From positions 9,661,507 to 9,725,506 of the forward strand of contig CM074523.1 in assembly GCA_037379345.1 (NCBI GenBank): a DNA stretch of 64,000 nucleotides, given 5' to 3'. This DNA comes from Perna viridis. Taxonomy: Eukaryota. The notes below the pieces were generated by a model. That model was not told the DNA's origin. It searched no databases and was given only the letters and a program-made list of their open reading frames with translations. Below, in pieces: positions 1-13,500 of the stretch; the stretch's first letter is position 1, and each line of letters begins with the position of its first letter. A program made the position numbers and the translations under genes.

Positions 1-2523
1 TGGAGGAATGAACTTGGTGATATCTCGCAAATGAGGATGATATTTAGCGACTTCAGGAACTGGAATTTCATCTGGCGTATCCAGTAACTGATCATTTTCT
101 AATATACTAGGCAACTCCAGTTCAGTGTTTTGATCGAGAGTTTCTACTACAAGTCCTTCAAGCTTCCTTCCAAAGATTTGAGACTTGGCATTACACGTAG
201 AGAGTATGTAATCAGACATACTAGTTGATCCAAAATAATCAAAGAGTTCTGACTTTCCAAGTGTCCTATTTGATTGATCATCAAGAAGTGCATACACTTG
301 TAATTTTCTGTGGGGTTCATCTCTCAAGAATACGTTCACTAGCACAATCTTGGCACATGACTTGCCTCCAAATCTATCATGACATATTTGTGTACACTTG
401 GCGTTGACTGTTTTTTCTGGTCCTTTATCTTGACCCTGACCTGAGTCATTCGATGGCTCCCCACCATGCTTTGTAGAGCCTACGTTTCTCTGATTTCTAT
501 CCTTGTGGACGTGAAGAGCCGTAGCATGATCAGTCTTTTCACAATAACGACATTTGACAGTTTCATGGCAATCACGTGATATATGAGAGTTCGAATTGCA
601 ACATCGGAAGCATATTCTGTTTTGTCTTTCTATCTTGTATCGATTTCGAAAGAAATGCTCTACAGTCATTTAACGAATGATTTGAGCCATGAATCGGACA
701 TCTTTCCTGGTTTCCACTAGATATAGCCATATTGTTAGTCTCTACTTGTTCTACTGACTCATTTCTACGAACTATTAGCATTGAAAGGTTTACTCCTTGT
801 GGCTACGGCATTCCTCTGTGTCGTTTCAGACGAAAAGCATGGATTGTTCTTTATCGTGCTCTGTTTATGAACAAAGTCAGCAAATATCCTAAAAGGCGGA
901 TAAATAGTACCATTCCTTTCATTGTAATCAACCGCGGTACGAGTCCATCTCTCTTGTAGGTGAATAGGAAGTTTACCAACTATGGGTTTCACTCCTACGG
1001 AACAATCGAAGTATGAAAAAAGACATCCATAGCTTTCATTTTCCTTTATAGAGACGATCTCTGCCAAAATATCTGACAGTACATATAATTTCGAGTAGTC
1101 ATTTGTGATTCGTGGAAAGTTATCAAGTTTCTTTCTAATCGCTTGATCGATGTGTTCGGGGCTGCCATATCGTTCGTCTAATCTAGCCCAAATTAGTCTT
1201 ACAGCCTTTTCTGGATCGTATGTGTTTGCTGCTTTTATGCTCTGAACATGTGATCGAGATTCAGATCCGGTCCATTTCACAAGAAGATCAATTTCTTCTG
1301 ACGCATCAACTCGGATTTCATTGACTATTTTCTTGAAACTAGACTTCCATGAAGGAAAGAATTCAGGACGATCATCAAAGGTATTGAATCTTAAGTGTAG
1401 TAGGTCACGTTTCAACAAAAACGAAGTGAAGTCTGATGCAATCGATTGTATTTTGTGATTGTTGTTAGTATCAGGATATTCGTGCTCTTTCTGATTGTCA
1501 TTGACGGAATTAGGCACAAATGGAGCTGAATTTGGATTCAAATGTGACGAAAACGTAGAAGTAGCAGGCTCAGAATCAAATCGAGTTCGAGGTAAATGAA
1601 AGCTGATTGTCGGTTTATCACGTTTCGATGAAGTTTTGTCCAATACAGGAGGTGTCGAATCTTTAGAAGTTTTTGGATCATTTACAAACGTAACGGGTGC
1701 TAAACGATCGACGTACACTGCTGTCTTTATCTTAGCGTCAAGCGGCGGTTCATAAATGACTTGTGACAGATCCTCCTCAAACTCGGATTCTAAAACACCC
1801 ACGACGGCTTCGGTAGCTGCAGCTTCCTTTTTCATTGAAAGTAAGTCCAAATCCGCTTTCAAATCAGCCTTATGTTTAACTAGCCTAGCTACTTCAACAG
1901 TTTCTTGCATTTCTAACAGTGCATTTTCTTTCAGCAGTGCAGCTTCCTTTTCTGCATAGAAAGCTCTAATTTTTGCTTCTTCAGCCCTGGCCTTTGCCAT
2001 AGCAAGAGATGATCCTGTTGAAGATCTGTTTATGCGATTTACTCCGTTCACGTGAATGTCTACTATGTGATAATCTTTCATCTTCTGTCAAGGCTTTTAT
2101 GTAAACATTGATTCGACGTGAATCTCTCTCCACAATTTGAGAAAACTCGTTTATCTCGTATCGAATTTCTTGAATTGCATCGGCACATTCATCTGTATTT
2201 GTGCGACTCAGGAAATCCATGTACTCCTGGCGTAGTTTGTCAAATTTCGATGTACGTGAAATAATTTCTTTTCTTAAGTCTTCGAGAGAACTTAAGTCAT
2301 TTGAATATGCTTCAATGTTTCTGACGAGAAGTTGTAAATCACTTTTAACAACAGCTAATTTCAAGGTAAAGGTTCTTTTTCTGTTATCGAATAGTTCTTT
2401 CCCTTTAAGAGTCAATTTTCGAACACGAGTCTCTGTAGAAGTTTCAACATACTCCTCAGTATCCTCTAAATCAGGTTGAACTACATTGTCAATTTCTTCT
2501 GACTTATCACCAGAATCTGCCAT
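1..2523 (-). pseudogene. BEL/Pao gag(-pol) of unit C, frameshifted, runs off the window
   Basis: MADSGDK start at 2523; Gag DUF1759-like region (FDDRPEFFPSWKSSF, WARLDERYG); zinc knuckles; protease LLDDQSNRT near 260-285. Private deletions at ~2025 and ~625 relative to the other units. Confidence 0.9.
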
Positions 2524-2570
2524 TTTCGATTGTCACATCCAAATAATATGATGCCAAGTAATCTTCTTAC

Positions 2571-3424
2571 TGTTCTGCCTCCCAATTATTTGCTTCAAAT
2601 AAAAGGACTACAGAAAAGTTAACCACTTTATTACATCGCAATCCTCACAAGTAGCATGGTACATGATATGCTGATGAACGATTGAAATGATGTGTATATG
2701 TAGTCAATTGATGGTAAGAAGCTGAAAAATACAAATAAAGCCCTATGTAACACCGAACTACTAAATATAGCATATAAATAACAATAACATACAAAGTATC
2801 AAAAAACACATTATGACACAAAAAGTCCTTCATACATGATACTTAAAAAATGTTCATAGTTCGACCAAAATATCATTCAAACATGTGAAAAGGTTGGACA
2901 TACACTTAACTTTGTTCAAAGATCAGAAATATTCAAAAATCCAAAAATCAGTGCTTTTGCATTGATAAACTGGCTTTCCATACTTTTGGAAACTCAAAAA
3001 TAGAGGGGTGTTAGACAAAAACTTTACGAAAATTTAACAACATGTTTATGGGTAAAAAGTGTGTAATGCTATACAATATTGTCTAAAATAACATATTGCA
3101 ATCATGAATTCAAGGTAAGTAATGACGTAATCGATAATTTTAGCACAGGTAGGTATGTTGTCGAAATGACATAACAAAAAACGTTGAAACTTCAACAAAA
3201 TGCATAAAACTTATCTATGTTCATAATACTAAATGCAGATATTAATAATTAATGCAAAAACTTACATTGTGCCGGGTTATGGCGACTATGTTTGGTTTGT
3301 TTACGTTTGCATTTCAAAAAATAGAGGATAGAGTCTGTAGGGAATGAAACAAACAATTAATATAAAACAATATCTAGTGCACAAAGACGGACGGTGGAGT
3401 GTTAATAAATGCGGAGCCAGTACA
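2571..3424 (-). repeat. LTR1 (854 bp), shared by units B and C
   Basis: Minus strand begins TGTACTG right after the PPT and ends CAGAACA (imperfect terminal inverted repeat). AATAAA lies near 2627-2632 on the minus strand. Confidence 0.92.
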
Positions 3425-3434
3425 CTCCCCGCCT
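3425..3434 (-). other. Polypurine tract of unit B
   Basis: AGGCGGGGAG directly precedes the LTR TG, just after the pol stop at 3453. Confidence 0.85.
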
Positions 3435-3452
3435 GGCATCTTATGTTGCCAC

Positions 3453-6400
3453 CTAAACATCAACTTTCGTTGGCAATAGTACTACCAGTTCGGTAACTGG
3501 TCTGACGAAATTGTACTTTTTCACACAATTATTGTCAATAGTACGAGCAATTTGTACCTCAGCTTTACGAACTAATTTGTCAGAACTTGGAAACACTTTC
3601 ACAATAATTCCCATTGGCCAAGATAGACGGTTGACTTGTTTGTCTTTGAGCAACACAATATCTCCTTCACTGAGATTGTCAGACGGTTCAATCCATTTCC
3701 TACGACTTTGAAGCGACTGTAAATAATCTATACGCCATCGACGCCAAAACACATCAGCCAAATACTGAACTCTTTTCCGCTGAGCGTGGTACATGTCTTT
3801 ACAGTCATATGAAACGTCCTTTGGAATGAGCACATTCGGTTTTTGAGTTATCAGCAAAGACGGTGTGAGTGGGAATGGCTCATCAGAATCTGACGAAACA
3901 CAAGTTAGAGGTCAAGAGTTAATGATAGCCGACACTTCAGCAAGGAAAGTCACCAATACTTCGTGCGAGAGTTCTTTTTCGGGAAGCTGTGCCATCATTG
4001 AATCGAGGATGCGTCTAGTTGTTTGTATCATCCTTTCCCAGGAACCACCCATAAGTGATGAGTGTTGGGAATTAAAATGCCACTCGATACCATTGTCAAA
4101 CAAGTAGTCTTTGATCGGAGAGTCTTCGACACTAACTGCTTTTATGCCGAGATGATCAGTGGCTCCTACAAAATTAGTCCCACGATCAGAACGAATACGT
4201 TTCACATCACCACGAATAGAGACGAATCTTTTGAAGGCGTTAATGAAACAGGAAGAGCTCATATCTTCAACAACTTCCAAATGAACGCTTCTTGTGGCAA
4301 TACAAGTAAAGATTATCGCCCATCTCTTTGAATTAGCGACTCCGCCTCTCGTGCGTCGTGTTACCACAGACCACGGTCCAAAGGTGTCTATACCTACGGA
4401 GGTAAACGGCGGATCAGGTTTTAGTCGGTCCTTTAGCAAATCAGCCATCATCTGTTGCTCAGTGCTACGACGCAGCTTTCTACACGTGACACACTTGTGT
4501 AAAATCGACGAAACCAATCGCTTTTGCCCAAAAATCCAATAGCCAGCACTTCTAATGGCTCCAGATGTCAAATGACGGCCTTCATGTTGAGTCGTAGAAT
4601 GGTAGAAACGCACTATTAAAGTTGCGATCCAGCCTTTACTTGGCAATATTATAGGGTTTCGTTCATCTTCACTCACATTTGCCATATTGATGCGGCCTCC
4701 TACACGAATGCATCCTGAAGAATCAATGAATGGGTTCAGACCAGCAAGACTGCTGCCTTTTCCGACAGGTAGTTTGTGTTTTAAAGATTCTAATTCGTTT
4801 TCATAGAAATCTTGTTGAACGGCTTTGATGACGAATAACTCGGTCTCTCGAAATGATTCAGTTTTGTCCATAGACTTTCTTCTAGCAATGACTTTAATCA
4901 AGAATGTAACTCCACGAATAAGCGATTCCCAAGATCCAAATCTACAGAAACGATCTGATCCTAACGATTTCTGACTACTAACACTTTTGTTACAGGAAAT
5001 TTCCGCACGCACTTCGTTGTCTTTTTCTGGGTCTTGAAGATCATATGAAGTGTCACTTTTAGAGAGATTCATTTCATCAGTAGACATTTTATCCGGCGGA
5101 CCTTTTAACCACATACTTCTTTCGAGATTTTCCGCGTTTACTGACCGAGTTCCAATATCAGCTGGGTTGCGTTCTGTGTGAACATATGACCACTATGTTG
5201 GTTTTGATAACTTATGAATCTTGGCGACTCTGTTGCTCACATATGTGTAAAATCTACGAGAAGAGTTGTAGATGTAGCCTAAAACTACCTTACTGTCAGT
5301 ATGATATCTTATGTCCGTGAGCGGAATACTGAGTTGATCAGATATAGTCTGTCCTAACTCTGTCGCTAGAACTGCCCCGCATAATTCCAATCTCGGAATT
5401 GTATGTCCATGCTGAGGCGCGACCTTTGCCTTGCCCGTGATAAATCCTAGTCCGGGTTTCTTACTATCAGATTCGAGCTGTAAATATCCAACGGCTGCTA
5501 TAGCCTTCTCGGAGGCATCTGAGTAAATGTGTACAGTCTTGATTTCAGAAGAACTAAACGAAATCGGTACGAACATTCTAGATATTCTCAGATTCTCTAA
5601 TGCAAACAATGAGGTTCTCCAATCGTCCCACTGTTCGAACTGACTAGGCGGAAGTGGGTCGTCCCACGAAGAATCTCCTGATTGAGTCATCACTATTCGA
5701 AGAATAAGTTTTCCACGAACTGTCACAGGCGCTAAAAAGCCTAAAGGGTCGTATATGCTGTTTATTGTGGATAACATACCACAACGAGTATACGGTTTGA
5801 TGCCGTTGTCAATTTGATACATGAAACTATCTGAGCTAAGATCCCAATTCATGCCTAGACTTCGTTGCACGGGAAGAATTTCAGAGTCTCAAGATCCAAG
5901 TCCTTTAGTTCTTTCGCAAGGTCCTCAGAGTCGAAAGCGTTCATGACTTCCTCCTTATTCGAAGATATTTTATGCAGTCGCAAGTTACCAAATTTATGCA
6001 GCGCTTTTTGCGTCCTTTTCATCAAGTCTATCGCAGTTTCTGAAGTTGGCTGTGACGTTAATCCGTCGTCCACATTAAAATCTTTCGACACAAAGTTTGT
6101 CATATCTGATCCAAATTGAAGTTTCCCTTTAAGAGCTGTTCTGCGAAGTCCAAAGCTGGCCACAGCTGGGCTCGGGCTATTGCCAAACACATGGACACGC
6201 ATTCTGTATATGGTAAGCGGTTTGGCAAAGTCATTGTCGGCATACCAAAAAAATCTTAGGTAATCTCTGTGTTCTATGTTGACTTTGAATGCATAAAACA
6301 TTTGTTCAATATCTCCCATCATAGCTACGGGTTCTTTCCTGAATAGAAGCAAGACGCCTAAAAGACTGTTCGTTAAGTCCTGACCACTCAAGAGTACATC

Positions 6401-9400
6401 ATTTAGAGATATGTTATCGTACTTCGCCGATGAGTCGAAAACTGCTCGGAGTTTTCCAGGTTTTTTTGGGGTGGTAAACACCGAAGATAGGTAAATACCA
6501 CTGTTCTTGGTCTTGATCAATTTCTGGTGCAATTTCCGCATTACCTTTGTCAGTATACCTTTCATAAAGGTGAAGAAATGTTCTCGTTTATCTTTACGCA
6601 GATTAGCATCCAACATTCTTGCTCTCTTCAACGCTTGAGTTTTGTTATTAGGCAGACGAGGTCGTTCAAAACGGAACGGAAGTGGGGCTGTCCAATTGTT
6701 TTCGTCGTCTTTCTGAAAATGTTCGTCCATTATACCAATAAACTCTCTATCATCTCTCGATAGTCCCGGTTTATCATCATCGACGGTACGTACGAAAACA
6801 TTTTCGCCTAATCCACTGGCTTTCGATGCCAAAATTGCAGTTTCCTCAACCTTCAGATCATTTTCACACGGCGGAAATATTGAAAGTCGCTCGGTAGCAC
6901 ACTAGTATGTCTTCTTGACACGAGCTTCGTCTGGATAATGTTGTTTTCCGAGACACGTTTCTCCGATTATGGTCCACCCTAGAGGAAGTTTTTGCGCATA
7001 AGGAGAGTCGTGAGGTCCTACTATCTGATCCTGCACATGGTGTGCTTCTATCAAGTCACGACCGATAAGGAGAAGTATCTTAGACTCTGCATTCAATGGA
7101 GGAATGAACTTGGCGATATCTCGCAAATGAGGATGATATTTAGCGACTTCAGGAACTGGAATTTCATCTGGCGTATCCGGTAACTGATCATTTTCTAATA
7201 TACTAGGCAACTCCAGTTCAGTGTTTTGATCGAGAGTTTCTACTACAAGTCCTTCAAGCTTACTTCCAGAGATTTGAGACTTGCCATTACACGTAGAGAG
7301 TATGTAATTAGACATACTAGTTGATCCAAAATAATCAAAGAGTTCTGACTTTCCAAGTGTCCTATTTGATTGATCATCAAGAAGTGCATACACTTGTAAT
7401 TTTCTGTGGGGTTCATCTCTCAAGAATACGTTCACTAGCACAATCTTGGCACATGACTTGCCTCCAAATCTATCATGACATATTTGTGTACACTTGGCGT
7501 TGACTGTTTTTTCTGGTCCTTTATCTTGACCCTGACCTGAGTAATTCGATGGCTCCCCGCCATGCTTTGTAGAGCCTACGTTTCTATGATTTCTATCCTT
7601 GTGGACGTGAAGAGCCGTAGCATGATCAGTCTTTTCACAATAACGACATTTGACAGTTTCATGGCAATCACGTGATATATGAGAGTTCGAATTGCAACAT
7701 CGGAAGCACATTCTGTTTTGTCTGAGGATTCGCTTTCTATCTTGTATCGATTTCGGAAGAAATGCTCTACAGTCATTTAACGAACGATTTGAGCCATGAA
7801 TCGGACATCTTTCCTGGTTTCCACTAGATATAGCCATATTGTTAGTCTCTACTTGTTCTACTGACTCATTTCTACGAACTATTAGCATTGAAAATTTACT
7901 CCTTGTGGCTACGGCATTCCTCTGTGTCGTTTCAAACGAAAAGCATGGATTGTTCTTTATCGTGCTCTGTTTATGAACAAAGTCAGCAAATATCCTAAAA
8001 GGCGGATAAATAGTACCATTCCTTTCATTGTAATCAACCGCGGTACGAGTCCATCTCTCTTGTAGGCGAATAGGAAGTTTAGCAACTATGGGTTTCACTC
8101 CTACGGAACAATCGAAGTATGAAAAAAGACATCCATAGCTTTCGTTTTACTTTATAGAGACGATCTCTGCCAAAATATCTGACAGTACATATAATTTCGA
8201 GTAGTCATTTGTGATTCGTGGAAAGTTATCAAGTTTCTTTCTAATCGCTTGATCGATGTGTTCGGGGCTGCCATATCGTTCGTCTAATCTAGCCTAAATT
8301 AGTCTTACCGCCTTTTCTGGATCGTATGTGTTTGCTACTTTTATGCTCTGAACATGTGATCGAGATTCAGATCCGGTCCATTTCACAAGAAGATCAATTT
8401 CTTCTGACGCATCAACTCGGATTTCATTGACTATTTTCTTGAAACTAGACTTCCATGAAGGATAGAATTCAGGACGATCATCAAAGGTATTGAATCTTGA
8501 GTGTAGTAGGTCACGTTTCAACAAAAACGAAGTGAAGTCTGATGCAATCGATTGTACTTTGTGATTGTTGTTAGTATCAGGATATTCGTGATCTTTCTGA
8601 TTGTCATTGACGGAATTAGGCACAAATGGAGCTGAATTTGGATTCAAATGTGACGAAAACGTAGAAGTAGCAGGCTCAGAATCAAATCGAGTTCGAGGTA
8701 AATGAAAGCTGATTGTTGGTTTATCACATTTCGATGAAGTTTTGTCCAATACAGGAGGTGTCGAATCTTCAGAAATTTTTGGATCATTTACAAACGTAAC
8801 GGGTGCTAAACGATCGACGTACACTGCTGTCTTTATCTTAGCGTCAAGCGGCGGTTCATCAATGACTTGTGACAGATCCTCCTCAAACTCGGATTCTAAA
8901 ACACCCACGACGGCTTCGGTAGCTGCAGCTTCCTTTTTCATTGAAAGTAAGTCCAAATCCGCTTTCAAATCAGCCTTATGTTTAACTCGCCTGTCTGCTT
9001 CAACAGTTTCTTGCATTTCTAACAGTGCATTTTCTTTCAGTAGTGCAGCTTCCTTTTCTGCATAGAAAGCTCTATTTTTTGCTTCTTCGGCCCTGGCCTT
9101 TGCCATAGCAAGAGATGACCCTGTTGAAGACTGTGACGATTGTTTATGCGATCTACTCCGTTCACGTGAATGTCTACTATGTGATAATCTTTCATCTTCT
9201 ATCAAGGCTTTTATGTAAACATTGATTCGACGTGAATCTCTCTCCACAATTTGAGAAAACTCGTTTATCTCGTATCAAATTTCTTGAATTGCATCGGCAC
9301 ATTCATCTGTATTTGTGCGACTCAGGAAACCCATGTACTCCTGGCATAGTTTGTCAAATTTCGATGTACGTGAAATAATTTCTTTTCTTAAGTCTTCGAG

Positions 9401-9637
9401 AGAACTTAAATCATTTGAATATGCTTCAATGTTTCTGACGAGAAGTTGTAAATCACTTTTAACAACAGCTAATTTCAAGGTAAAGTTTCTTTTTCTGTTA
9501 TCGAATAGTTCTTTCCCTTTAAGAGTCAATTTTCGAACACGAGTCTCTGTAGAAGTTTCAACATACTCCTCAGTATCCTCTAAATCAGGTTGAACTACAT
9601 TGTCAATTTCTTCTGACTTATCACCAGAATTTGCCAT
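3453..9637 (-). pseudogene. BEL/Pao gag-pol polyprotein of unit B (multiple stops and frameshifts)
   Basis: CFRCCNSNSHISRDC and CRYCEKTDHATALH knuckles; ALLDDQSNRT protease; RT DIEQMF...FGNSPSP...VDD; RNase H YSDASEKA/TIPRLELCGA; integrase HHCC plus VGIDTFGP/RSDRGTNFVGA/GGSWERMI; C-terminal VQYLADVFWRRWR (DUF5641-like). Confidence 0.95.
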
Positions 9638-9684
9638 TTTCGATTGTCACATCCAAATAATATGATGCCAAGTAATCTTCTTAC

Positions 9685-10537
9685 TGTTCTGCTTCCCAAT
9701 TATTTGCTTCAAATAAAAAGACTACAGAGAAGTTAACCACTTTATTACATCGCAATCCTCACAAGTAGCATGGTACATGATATGCTGATGAACGATTGAA
9801 ATGATGTGTATATGTAGTCAATTGATGGTAAGAAGCTGAAAAATACAAATAAAGCCCTATGTAACACCGAACTACTAAATATAGCATATAAATAACAATA
9901 ACATACAAAGTATCAAAAAACACATTATGACACAAAAAGTCCTTCATACATGATACTTAAAAAATGTTCATAGTTCGACCAAAATATCATTCAAACATGT
10001 GAAAAGGTTGGACATACACTTAACTTTGTTCAAAGATCAGAAATATTCAAAAATCCAAAAATCAGTGCTTTTGCATTGATAATTGGCTTTCCATACTTTT
10101 GGAAACTCAAAAATAGAGGGGTGTTAGACAAAAACTTTACGAAAATTTAACAACGTGTTTATGGGTAAAAAGTGTGTAATGCTATACAATATTGTCTCAA
10201 ATAACATATTGCAATCATGAATTCAAGGTAAGTAATGACGTAATCGATAATTTTAGCACAGGTAGGTATGTTGTCGAAATGACATAACAAAAAACGTTGA
10301 AACTTCAACAAAATGCATAAAACTTATCTATGTTCATAATACTAAATGCAGATATTAATAATTAATGCAAAAACTTACATTGTGCCGGGTTATGGCGACT
10401 ATGTTTGGTTTGTTTACGTTTGCATTTCAAAAAATAGAGGATAGAGTCTGTAGGGAATGAAACAAACAATTAATATAAAACAATATCTAGTGCACAAAGA
10501 CGGACGGTGGAGTGTTAATAAATGCGGAGTCAGTACA
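9685..10537 (-). repeat. LTR2 (853 bp), shared by units A and B; chimeric
   Basis: Near-identical to LTR1 and LTR3. PPT on one side, gag leader on the other. Confidence 0.92.
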
Positions 10538-10547
10538 CTCCCCGCCT
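10538..10547 (-). other. Polypurine tract of unit A
   Basis: AGGCGGGGAG directly precedes the LTR2 TG. Confidence 0.85.
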
Positions 10548-10565
10548 GGCATCTTATGTTGCCAC

Positions 10566-13500
10566 CTAAACATCAACTTTCGTTGGCAATAGTACTACCA
10601 GTTCGGTAACTGGTCTGACGAAATTGTACTTTTTCACACAATTATTGTCAATAGTACGAGCAATCTGTACCTCAGCTTTACGAACTAATTTGTCAGAACT
10701 TGGAAACACTTTCACAATAATTCCCATTGGCCAAGATAGACGGTTGACTTGTTTGTCTTTGAGCAACACAATATCTCCTTCACTGAGATTGTCAGACGGT
10801 TCAATCCATTTCCTACGACTTTGAAGCGACTGTAAATAATCTATACGCCATCGACGCCAAAACACATCAGCCAAATACTGAACTCTTTTCCACTGAGCGT
10901 GGTACATGTCTTTACAGTCATATGAAACGTCCTTTGGAATGAGCACATTCGGTTTTTGAGTTATCAGCAAAGACGGAGTGAGTGGGAATGGCTCATCAGA
11001 ATCTGACGAAACACAAGTTAGAGGTCAAGAGTTAATGATAGCCGACACTTCAGCAAGGAAAGTCACCAATACTTCGTGCGAGAGTTCTTTTTCGGGAAGC
11101 TGTGCCATCATTGAATCGAGGATGCGTCTAGTTGTTTGTATCATCCTTTCCCAGGAACCACCCATAAGTGATGAGTGTTGGGAATTAAAATGCCACTCGA
11201 TACCATTGTCAAACAAGTAGTCTTTGATCGGAGAGTCTTCGACACTAACTGCTTTTATGCCGAGATGATCAGTGGCTCCTACAAAATTAGTCCCACGATC
11301 AGAACGAATACGTTTCACATCACCACGAATAGAGACGAATCTTTTGAAGGCGTTAATGAAACAGGAAGAGCTCATATCTTCAACAACTTCCAAATGAACG
11401 CTTCTTGTGGCAATACAAGTAAAGATTATCGCCCATCTCTTTGAATTAGTGACTCCGCCTCTCGTGCGTCGTGTTACCACAGACCACGGTCCAAAGGTGT
11501 CTATACCTACGGAGGTAAACGGCGGATCAGGTTTTAGTCGGTCCTTTAGCAAATCAGCCATCATCTGTTGCTCAGTGCTACGACGCAGCTTTCTACACGT
11601 GACACACTTGTGTAAAATCGACGAAACCAATCGCTTTTGCCCAAAAATCCAATAGCCAGCACTTCTAATGGCTCCAGATGTCAAATGACGGCCTTCATGT
11701 TGAGTCGTAGAATGGTAGAAACGCACTATTAAAGTTGCGATCCAGCCTTTACTTGGCAATATTATAGGGTTTCGTTCATCTTCACTCACATTTGCCATAT
11801 TGATGCGGCCTCCTACACGAATGCATCCTGAAGAATCAATGAATGGGTTCAGACCAGCAAGACTGCTGCCTTTTCCGACAGGTAGTTTGTGTTTTAAAGA
11901 TTCTAATTCGTTTTCATAGAAATCTTGTTGAACGGCTTTGATGACGAATAACTCGGTCTCTCGAAATGATTCAGTTTTGTCCATAGACTTTCTTCTAGCA
12001 ATGACTTTAATCAAGAATGTAACTCCACGAATAAGCGATTCCCAAGATCCAAATCTACAGAAACGATCTGATCCTAACGATTTCTGACTACTAACACTTT
12101 TGTTACAGGAAATTTCCGCACGCACTTCGTTGTCTTTTTCTGGGTCTTGAAGATCATATGAAGTGTCACTTTTAGAGAGATTCATTTCATCAGTAGACAT
12201 TTTATCCGGCGGACCTTTTAACCACATACTTCTTTCGAGATTTTCCGCGTTTACTGACCGAGTTCCAATATCAGCTGGGTTGCGTTCTGTGTGAACATAT
12301 GACCACTATGTTGGTTTTGATAACTTATGAATCTTGGCGACTCTGTTGCTCACATATGTGTAAAATCTACGAGAAGAGTTGTAGATGTAGCCTAAAACTA
12401 CCTTACTGTCAGTATGATATCTTATGTCCGTGAGCGGAATACTGAGTTGATCAGATATAGTCTGTCCTAACTCTGTCGCTAGAACTGCCCCGCATAATTC
12501 CAATCTCGGAATTGTATGTCCATGCTGAGGCGCGACCTTTGCCTTGCCCATGATAAATCCTAGTCCGGGTTTCTTACTATCAGATTCGAGCTGTAAATAT
12601 CCAACGGCTGCTATAGCCTTCTCGGAGGCATCTGAGTAAATGTGTACAGTCTTGATTTCAGAAGAACTAAACGAAATCGGTACGAACATTCTAGATATTC
12701 TCAGATTCTCTAATGCAAACAATGAGGTTCTCCAATCGTCCCACTGTTCGAACTGACAAGGCGGAAGTGGGTCGTCCCACGAAGAATCTCCAGATTGAGT
12801 CATCACTATTCGAAGAATAAGTTTTCCACGAACTGTCACAGGCGCTAAAAAGCCTAAAGGGTCGTATATGCTGTTTATTGTGGATAACATACCACAACCA
12901 GTACACGGTTTGATGCCGTTGTCAATTTGATACATGAAACTATCTGAGCTAAGATCCCAATTCATGCCTAGACTTCGTTGCACGGGAAGAATTTCAGAGT
13001 CAAGATCCAAGTCCTTTAGTTCTTTCGCAAGGTCCTCAGAGTCGAAAGCGTTCATGACTTCCTCCTTATTCGAAGATATTTTATGCAGTCGCAAGTTACC
13101 AAATTTATGCAGCGCTTTTTGCGTCCTTTTCATCAAGTCTATCGCAGTTTCTGAAGTTGGCTGTGACGTTAATCCGTCGTCCACATTAAAATCTTTCGAC
13201 ACAAAGTTTGTCATATCTGATCCAAATTTAAGTTTCCCTTCAAGAGCTGTTCTGCGAAGTCCAAAGCTGGCCACAGCTGGGCTCGGGCTATTGCCAAACA
13301 CATGGACACGCATTCTGTATATGGTAAGCGGTTTGGCAAAGTCATTGTCGGCATACCAAAAAAATCTTAGGTAATCTCTGTGTTCTATGTTGACTTTGAA
13401 TGCATAAAACATTTGTTCAATATCTCCCATCATAGCTACGGGTTCTTTCCTGAATAGAAGCAAGACGCCTAAAAGACTGTTCGTTAAGTCCTGACCACTC

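Noticed and set aside
2545-2556. TGGCATCA as a tRNA PBS of the BEL element
   Set aside because: Starts ~15 nt from the LTR end, too far for a normal PBS, and I cannot match it to a tRNA 3' end.
2645-2833. 62-aa hydrophobic ORF identical in all three LTRs (possible env-like or small membrane protein)
   Set aside because: Lies in AT-rich LTR sequence across the polypyrimidine tract and acceptor. Identity reflects recent duplication, and there is no evidence of coding selection.
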